From: an uncultured archaeon | Lineage (GTDB): Archaea; Asgardarchaeota; Thorarchaeia; Thorarchaeales; Thorarchaeaceae | Reading direction: 5' to 3' | NCBI GenBank assembly: GCA_964648855.1 | Contig: CAZYLT010000035.1 | Span: 3,628-9,132, forward strand | DNA: 5,505 bases | In this document: positions 1 through 5,450 of the stretch, piece by piece | Layout: each line of letters begins with the position of its first letter | Position numbering within the stretch: the first letter of the stretch is position 1 | Notes under the pieces: model-generated | Told to the model about the DNA's origin: nothing | Databases searched by the model: none | Seen by the model: the letters and a program-made list of their open reading frames with translations, nothing else | Made by a program: the position numbers and the translations under genes

Positions 1-307
1 TGTTGTATTCGCTGTAACCAATATAGAAGATACGCTACAAAGCTGGATATGGAATAAGGGTGCTTCAGCATATTGTTTAGGTGCAGACCAGTGCTCAGGA
101 CGAAGGATCCCACTACCTGAAATCGGAATAATCCTCCCTCCATTCAGCTGTATGCATCAAGTATTCATTTTTATAGTATTCTTCGTTATTTCAGGCACAT
201 AAGAATCACTGTAATCATCAGAAGTGGTTGCCGTGTAACAGGTTGTAGAGGTGCATCACTGTTGCATGCAATAACACACCTGATTGCCCCCAAGGCTGGT
301 AAAGAAT

Positions 308-670
308 ATGGTCAATATCTTCATCATAGACGACGAGGCTATCCTGCACCGTCTATACAAAGACGTATTCGCGATCAAAGGTCATGAGGTAGTTGCAGAT
401 GCCTATGATGGAGAAGAAGCTGTAGAGGTCTACCGCAAAATGGATCCCAGGCCAGAGATTTTAATCATGGACCATAGGATGCCGAACAAAGATGGTTTGA
501 AGGCAATGAGTGAGATTCTGCAAATCGACCCGGATGCCAGGATTGTATTCATCAGTGCAGACGCAAATGTGCGTGAAGACGCCATGAAGAATGGAGCAGT
601 AAGTTTTGGATTAAAACCTGTGACCATTAGGCATATGCTCGACCTAGTGGAAAGTGCTGCAGCCGATTAG
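308..670 (+). CDS. Single-domain response regulator (CheY/Spo0F-like receiver), canonical active site
   Basis: All receiver hallmarks are present: IFIIDDE acidic pocket, phospho-acceptor Asp in ILIMDHRMP (codon 470-472) followed by DG, Ser in IVFISA, and FGLKP (aromatic switch plus Lys-Pro). There is no output domain. ATG at 308 is preferred over TTG at 284 because the fold begins at MVNIFII. Confidence 0.95.
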   Translation: MVNIFIIDDEAILHRLYKDVFAIKGHEVVADAYDGEEAVEVYRKMDPRPEILIMDHRMPNKDGLKAMSEILQIDPDARIVFISADANVREDAMKNGAVSFGLKPVTIRHMLDLVESAAAD

Positions 671-677
671 TGATTTC

Positions 678-701
678 TTGTTTTTAAGCTTCTAAGAACA
701 A
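678..701 (+). promoter_or_regulatory. TATA-like box embedded in an imperfect inverted repeat between the two receiver genes
   Basis: TTGTTTTTA-agcttc-TAAGAACAA (arms match 8/9) overlaps TTTTTAAG at 681-688, about 32-39 nt upstream of ATG 720. Confidence 0.5.
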
Positions 702-719
702 ATTTCGTTGGCGTTGCTG

Positions 720-1079
720 ATGAAAGTCATAATTGCTGGGGACGTTCCAATGCTTGCTTCTCTTCTGAAGATGGCTATTCAAGACTCTGGTTATGAGGAC
801 ATTCTTATTGTAGATAGTCAAGAAGAGCTCCTGATGAAATGCTTAGATACAAGACCGCAAGTAATAATCATCGATTTACATATTCCCGACACACATTGTC
901 TTCGTCTTGTGGAACAGATACTGGACCTTGATTCAAAAGCCTCGGTTATTGTTATTGCAGAAGCCGCGAGCAGCTTTGGTGCCAAGGTTCTTTCAGCTGG
1001 AGCTCGAGCATATTTGGAGAAGCCGTTCAGCATATTTGAAATTAGAGACACCATAGAGAAGGTGAAACCTGTTCTCTAG
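720..1079 (+). CDS. Single-domain receiver protein, atypical (degenerate active site)
   Basis: Receiver pattern MKVIIAGD...PQVIIIDLHIP...VIVIAE...GARAYLEKPF. The Asp (codon 873-875) and Lys-Pro are kept, but DD is GD and the conserved Thr/Ser is Ala. ATG at 720 is preferred over TTG at 708, given the TATA-like TTTTTAAG at 681-688 and the start of the fold. Confidence 0.88.
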   Translation: MKVIIAGDVPMLASLLKMAIQDSGYEDILIVDSQEELLMKCLDTRPQVIIIDLHIPDTHCLRLVEQILDLDSKASVIVIAEAASSFGAKVLSAGARAYLEKPFSIFEIRDTIEKVKPVL

Positions 1080-1120
1080 ATTGTGTAATTGTGTCGAATA
1101 ATCTGCGGAGAGATGCACTA

Positions 1121-1136
1121 GAAGCTTTTTGAAACC
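1121..1136 (+). promoter_or_regulatory. Possible promoter of the TPR gene (or U-tract terminator of receiver 2)
   Basis: GAAGCTTTTTGAAACC resembles the AAAGCTTTTATACC element upstream of the Phr-like gene but is a weaker TATA match. Confidence 0.3.
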
Positions 1137-1201
1137 CTAATCGGGTACAACAGCGAAATACACTTAGATACTTCACCAAAAAATAGCAGTGAGCGAACAC
1201 C

Positions 1202-2788
1202 TTGCAGTCTAGTCCTATTATTCCAGAATTTGCCATGTATGAGGAACGACTAGAAGATACTGAGATTGAGGAACTAAAGAAACGCTTCTCACTAGTCACA
1301 AGAACTGGCAAGGACCGCTTCATGAATTTTACAGATATCATTACCGAGTATGTTGGAACTGGGGAGTACAAGAATAGAAGCCAGGGATTCCTGACGATGT
1401 GCTCAAAGGCTGCCTTTCTTAGAGGTCTCTATGGTTATACCCAGATTATTGCCAAGGAAACTGACTCGGTGATATGCAATGGTTATGCTGCAGCTGCTTA
1501 TTGCAGACAGAGTTTAGATCCCCGATGGGTTAATAATCTGAAACACTATGTGAATCAAGCTTGGCAATCAAAGGATTACATAGCTTTCGCTGAATTATCA
1601 GGGGAACTAGCAAATATTCTCATTGAGCTAGGATACGCGGACTACTCCAAGGAGGCTGCATCAGAGAGCATTGACAAGGTAACGAAAGCCACCTCAAAGA
1701 ACCAAGATATACGCACTCAGGTTCAAGCTGCCCTGCTTAGAACACGAATCGTAATGGCACAGATTGCTATGCAGGCTGGCGCAAGAGAAGAGGCAATACT
1801 GCGACTTGATTCAGCAGAGGACACAGCTCATCTTTTAGACCACCGCCTGTCCCTTACAACAATCAAATATGTTCGCGCTCGCATTCTTGAAGAGTCTCAT
1901 GAATTTGACCGTGCAATGACCCTCGTTGATGCAGCGCTTTCAGAATATGATCGAATGGGGTATCTTCAGGGTGTTTCAGATGCTAGAAATCTAAAGGGAA
2001 TCATCTTGCTCCAAAAAGGTCAATTACAGGACGCGCGGGACCAATTTGAGGAGCTCCTTCTCATTCAGCAGCGCCTTAACAACCAGATTGGACTTGCACG
2101 AACACTAATCAACGTCGGAGAAATAGACAGAGACTTGGGGCAACTAGAACAGACAGAGATCTATAATCAACGAGCTCTGGAAATAAGCCAAGAAGCAGAA
2201 TATATGCGTGGGATTGCTGTTTCGAAAATCAATCTGGGCGATGTAGCGGTCCGGTCAGGAAGGCATGAAGAGGCAATACGATTGTATGAAGATGCCTTGG
2301 AACTAACCGAAGGGTCCGGCATGAAAGATATTACGAAACTTGTAATCTTCTTGCTTGGTGATGCATATTTCATGAATCAGGAGTATGAGAAAAGCATCAA
2401 TGAGTATAAGCGCGCACAGGAATTTGCTCAGAATTTCGAATATCCCATAGTTGAGTTTAACGGACTAGTGAGTGAGATTGTTGCCACTTGGGAAAATGGC
2501 GAGTCAGGCGATAAGAAAATGCTGCATAGAGTCCAAGATGAACTGGGCCTCAAAGAAAGATGGCTTAAAGCAGGAAATTCAGAACCCATGAGGGATGTTA
2601 GAAGAAAAGTTATGCAGGATTCAAATGTAGAAAGCGACCTCTGTATCTTATACGACCGAGAAAAGACATTCGAATGCAGAGCAGATAGGCAGTCTCTTCG
2701 CAAAGAATGTAACGGCAACCTCTACTGGATGGCCAGTCTTTGTCCGTATTTCGAAGCATTCCTCGATTCCTTGAAAAAAGCACTATAG
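1202..2788 (+). CDS. Tetratricopeptide repeat protein (40-aa-period TPRs) with an unrecognised N-terminal region and a C-terminal four-Cys motif
   Basis: Five consecutive 40-aa repeats at 1838-2437 (e.g. GLARTLINVGEIDRDLGQLEQTEIYNQRALEISQE, GIAVSKINLGDVAVRSGRHEEAIRLYEDALELTEG) plus 2-3 degenerate flanking repeats. The start is TTG 1202 (SD-like GTGAG at 1189-1193) or ATG 1235. Confidence 0.9.
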   Translation: MQSSPIIPEFAMYEERLEDTEIEELKKRFSLVTRTGKDRFMNFTDIITEYVGTGEYKNRSQGFLTMCSKAAFLRGLYGYTQIIAKETDSVICNGYAAAAYCRQSLDPRWVNNLKHYVNQAWQSKDYIAFAELSGELANILIELGYADYSKEAASESIDKVTKATSKNQDIRTQVQAALLRTRIVMAQIAMQAGAREEAILRLDSAEDTAHLLDHRLSLTTIKYVRARILEESHEFDRAMTLVDAALSEYDRMGYLQGVSDARNLKGIILLQKGQLQDARDQFEELLLIQQRLNNQIGLARTLINVGEIDRDLGQLEQTEIYNQRALEISQEAEYMRGIAVSKINLGDVAVRSGRHEEAIRLYEDALELTEGSGMKDITKLVIFLLGDAYFMNQEYEKSINEYKRAQEFAQNFEYPIVEFNGLVSEIVATWENGESGDKKMLHRVQDELGLKERWLKAGNSEPMRDVRRKVMQDSNVESDLCILYDREKTFECRADRQSLRKECNGNLYWMASLCPYFEAFLDSLKKAL

Positions 2789-2803
2789 AAGATAAGCTAC
2801 TGT

Positions 2804-3481
2804 TTAGTCAGCGTTAATCTCTATTTCTTCGTCGTCATCATCTTCATTTAGCTCCAGAATATCTTGGAACAACTTGATTGCCTCTTTGAATGGGCTTTTT
2901 GTTTCAGCTTCATCATCTTCTATAGCCGCTTGTGCCTTCACAGGATTGATTAGCGACCTTATTTTTTGACAGACTTCTGAATCCCATTCACAGTCATCCA
3001 TGAATCGCTCAATATTACGGAGGATTTGTCCTCTCCGCTCTGCCAATTTGATTCGTTCATTATCAACTTCTCTTAGTTTCTCATTTACGCTAGTCAATTG
3101 GCTAAGCAGAGCTTGGATTACCCGTATATCTCTTGTTGATGGAGGTAATGATGTTTCTTTTTCTTTGGGAATACTGGTTGGATAGAATCTGACGACAAAT
3201 GAATTAGGAAGAATGGTTGTTGATAAGCCAAATGCGACATTTAGACGATAGTACGTCCTATCAGGTCCAAGTTGGCTTTCTCCCGGTTCTTTAATCACTA
3301 TGCCTGCTTCCCTTAAAGATTCTAGATGCTTCGTTATGACTCTTGATCGCATTCCGAGGAGTTTGCTTAGCTCGTATGGATATCGCGGATTTTGAGCAAG
3401 AAGTCTTAGAATTCTTCTTCTTGTAATATGACCAAGCGCCTTGAAGACCTTATCCAAATCATCTCGATCAGCTCTACCCAT
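2804..3481 (-). CDS. ArsR-family winged-helix transcriptional regulator with coiled coil, archaeal Phr/HSR1-like (COG1777-type)
   Basis: N-terminal VFKALGHITRRRILRLLAQNPRYPYELSKLLG...ITKHLESLREAGIV...GPDRTYYRL wHTH, then a beta segment FGLSTTILPNSF, then a heptad coiled coil (LLSQLTSVNEKLREVDNERIKLAERRGQI). This is the architecture I recall for Pyrococcus furiosus Phr. The tail is acidic. An in-frame TAA at 3499-3497 limits the start to ATG 3481. Confidence 0.9.
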   Translation of the reverse strand: MGRADRDDLDKVFKALGHITRRRILRLLAQNPRYPYELSKLLGMRSRVITKHLESLREAGIVIKEPGESQLGPDRTYYRLNVAFGLSTTILPNSFVVRFYPTSIPKEKETSLPPSTRDIRVIQALLSQLTSVNEKLREVDNERIKLAERRGQILRNIERFMDDCEWDSEVCQKIRSLINPVKAQAAIEDDEAETKSPFKEAIKLFQDILELNEDDDDEEIEINAD

Positions 3482-3538
3482 TTTCCAGTCATCTCGTTAT
3501 TTCTTCTTCATGTCACATATCATTCAGTGTAGATCCCA

Positions 3539-3602
3539 ATTGAAATGTCTAGCATAGGAAACATTCAATGACTCCATTAGTATGACTATTGGCTAAATGG
3601 AG
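3539..3602. repeat. Two tandem 31-bp imperfect inverted repeats
   Basis: ATTGAAATGT-N12-ACATTCAAT (3539-3569) and CTCCATTAG-N12-CTAAATGGAG (3572-3602). Each has 9 pairs and one bulged base. Confidence 0.7.
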
Positions 3603-3646
3603 GCTATGTTAGTAGATGCCTTAATCCGGCCCTATTTTTCCTCACA

Positions 3647-3680
3647 ACTATGGACCATTAATTACACTAGTACTATGGAC
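3647..3680. repeat. 9-bp perfect direct repeat ACTATGGAC, 25-bp period
   Basis: Copies at 3647-3655 and 3672-3680 flank the predicted TSS of the Phr-like gene. Confidence 0.7.
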
Positions 3681-3686
3681 TGATTG

Positions 3687-3700
3687 GTATAAAAGCTTTG
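3687..3700 (-). promoter_or_regulatory. Archaeal BRE/TATA promoter for the Phr-like regulator
   Basis: The minus strand reads CAAAGC-TTTTATAC: a purine-rich BRE-like tract followed by a consensus-like TATA box. Predicted TSS is near 3664. Confidence 0.65.
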
Positions 3701-3712
3701 AGGGTGGTGCAG

Positions 3713-4069
3713 TCAGGAACCCATATCATTGTCTTTCTTTTTCTGTGTTAGCGTTTCTGCATCACTGATTTTGTCAAGTCCAAATGTATAGTCTACGGCA
3801 CGCTTGTTTCTGTATTGGGCGAGAAGAGTATCTCCCTTTTCGTATATCGGTCCTTGACCAGTTATGTACCCTGACTTGACGCCTTCCTTATTGGAGATAA
3901 CAGGCCTTGAGGCTACCATAAGGAGGTGCCGAAGGAATTCTAGATCTGTTACCTTATTGCCTACCTTCCGCTGGTAGCGCATTTTCTCTTCCTCCCAAGT
4001 CAAGACATCATGTTCTGTTAATCCTTTGAAAAGCTTGTTTTTATCGCCCTTTACTGTCATTCTTATCAT
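3713..4069 (-). CDS. Small basic hypothetical protein, possible N-terminal ribbon-helix-helix DNA-binding domain
   Basis: 118-aa ORF co-oriented with its neighbours and filling the gap. The pattern KLFKG-LTEHDVLTWEEEKMRYQRKVG-NKVTDLEFLRHLLMVA fits strand-helix-turn-helix. The start is 4069 or ATG 4060. The fold call is inference. Confidence 0.72.
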   Translation of the reverse strand: MIRMTVKGDKNKLFKGLTEHDVLTWEEEKMRYQRKVGNKVTDLEFLRHLLMVASRPVISNKEGVKSGYITGQGPIYEKGDTLLAQYRNKRAVDYTFGLDKISDAETLTQKKKDNDMGS

Positions 4070-4076
4070 CTATAGA

Positions 4077-4092
4077 GGTTACTAAGTTAACC
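4077..4092. promoter_or_regulatory. Short palindrome, candidate operator upstream of the RHH-like gene
   Basis: GGTTA-ctaagt-TAACC lies 8-23 nt upstream of the 4069 start and downstream of a weak TATA-like TGTATATT (minus strand, 4127-4120). Confidence 0.4.
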
Positions 4093-4256
4093 ATTCTTAG
4101 AACGCTAATAGAACCTAGTAATATACAGAGCACACGATATGAGAATTCCTTTGCAGCATGATATGGGTTCTATGACTCGGTCATTATGCTACTAAGACCG
4201 TTAGGAATCTACGTTTATCCTTCAAGAATTGTCAGGATAGATGACACAACCACTCG

Positions 4257-5390
4257 CTACGAGCGATGCCTGTTTTCTTCCTCTCGTTTTGGCGCCTGGC
4301 TATCTTCAGCAGGTCTGAACATTGCTGCCTCTGTTTTCTCTCCTTCGCCCGTTGGAATGGAGGTTTTTAATGAGTGATATAGGGAATTGCCAGTAGACTT
4401 TCTGTAAGTCGTGACCGCTTTCCACTCTGCGGACTTCTCTACCATCCCTCCAAGCTTCTTTATTCGAAACATTGCTGCTGCTGCAACGTCAATCAAGATG
4501 ATATTCATGACAAGCAGAACGAATGACCAGAATCCAATTGTCGTTGCTGTCGATGATCCAGTTACGAGCCCCAAAGTCAACATCAGACCAACATTGACAG
4601 CCGGTGGCATAAGTGCAGCTGATATGGCCACTCCTACAAGGGTGGACATATCACCCTTAGTTATTGAAACCGCAACTGCGGCTCCCGAAAATATCGCAAC
4701 GCCTATGTCAAGTGCGGTAAAGATGTATCCTCTTCGAGTTATTTCAGTGAGGATACCCGCTTCCCAGTTGGCAATGACTACATCAACAAACGGCTGGGGT
4801 GCGTAGGGATTAATGAAGGGAATCGGTAGCAAAATCGCTAGAATGGCACCGACACCAAACGAAAGCGCCAGCGCTATCAATTCGTTCCTAGTTCCTTTGA
4901 TGAACAGCTTCTTGTCTCGAAGGATATAGCCCAGAGCAACTCCCATCATAGGACCCATCATTGGAGATAGCACCATTGATGCGACGATATATGCTACGTT
5001 ATTTTGAATAAGTCCTCCGCCAGCAACAACGGCTGCAACAACGACTAATGCCATGAAATCGAAACTAAAGGAGGCCTGTTTTGAAACGTTTTCATGGATT
5101 CCTTCGACAGCTATAGACGCAGCTCGTTCGATAGAATCAGCCTCCGCTGTTTCCCGGGGTAATGATGCGCTCAAATCAAGGACATCAACATATCCGTATT
5201 CAACGCCCACGCCTCTACTCTTGAGACCTTCAATGGTCTTCATGATTTTGCTATCTGAAACCCTAACTTGCAGTACATGAGCGTTATCTGCATTGAATTT
5301 CATTATATTCTTGACTTCTAACACGTCATGAAGAAATTCATATACGGACTCGGTTTTGTCGAACGGAATCACTATTTGTACCTGTTTCAC
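4257..5390 (-). CDS. DUF389 / TIGR00341 family integral membrane protein
   Basis: Family motifs GLIQNNVAYIVASMVLSPMMGPMMGVALG, EITRR, DIGVAIFSGAAVAVS and LVGVAISAALMPPAVNVG; about 7 hydrophobic segments; soluble N-terminal domain starting (M)KQVQIVIP. GTG at 5390 is preferred over ATG 5417 because GGAG lies at 5404-5401 and the TATA-like element at 5441-5434 would put the transcript start just inside the longer ORF. Confidence 0.92.
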   Translation of the reverse strand: MKQVQIVIPFDKTESVYEFLHDVLEVKNIMKFNADNAHVLQVRVSDSKIMKTIEGLKSRGVGVEYGYVDVLDLSASLPRETAEADSIERAASIAVEGIHENVSKQASFSFDFMALVVVAAVVAGGGLIQNNVAYIVASMVLSPMMGPMMGVALGYILRDKKLFIKGTRNELIALALSFGVGAILAILLPIPFINPYAPQPFVDVVIANWEAGILTEITRRGYIFTALDIGVAIFSGAAVAVSITKGDMSTLVGVAISAALMPPAVNVGLMLTLGLVTGSSTATTIGFWSFVLLVMNIILIDVAAAAMFRIKKLGGMVEKSAEWKAVTTYRKSTGNSLYHSLKTSIPTGEGEKTEAAMFRPAEDSQAPKREEENRHRS

Positions 5391-5433
5391 TTGTTTGTCG
5401 CTCCACAGTTCCGTCATGGGAGTTTTTGCAATG

Positions 5434-5450
5434 CTATTAAGGGTTTCTTG
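5434..5450 (-). promoter_or_regulatory. Putative BRE/TATA promoter of the DUF389 gene
   Basis: The minus strand reads CAAGAAACC-CTTAATAG, resembling GAAA-nn-TTAWATA archaeal promoters. Confidence 0.55.

Noticed and set aside
144-221. Minus-strand TGATGA ... CTGA ... CTGA resembling a box C/D sRNA
   Set aside because: Box spacings do not fit the compact C-guide-D'-C'-guide-D layout, and there is no clear terminal stem.
308-670. Calling REC1 cheY
   Set aside because: No che or archaellum genes in the window, and standalone receivers cannot be assigned to chemotaxis from motifs alone.
430-1054. Minus-strand ORFs 430-627 and 818-1054
   Set aside because: Antisense shadows of the two clear receiver genes, with no protein-like motifs.
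1042-1371. 109-aa minus-strand ORF
   Set aside because: Overlaps both REC2 and the TPR gene in antisense; Ser-rich shadow composition.
2167-2718. Minus-strand ORFs 2167-2373 and 2428-2718
   Set aside because: Antisense shadows wholly inside the TPR gene.
3000-3185. 61-aa plus-strand ORF
   Set aside because: Antisense to the coiled-coil region of the ArsR/Phr-like gene.
3539-3546. ATTGAAAT resembling the 3' end of archaeal CRISPR repeats
   Set aside because: Single occurrence, no repeat-spacer periodicity and no cas genes.
3660-3715. Possible selenocysteine read-through of the TGA ending the 118-aa ORF
   Set aside because: No selenoprotein-like motif and no recognisable SECIS; the extension would run through a good promoter.
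4186-5280. Plus-strand ORFs 4186-4377, 4411-4806 and 5053-5280
   Set aside because: Antisense to or overlapping the well-supported DUF389 gene, with no recognisable features.
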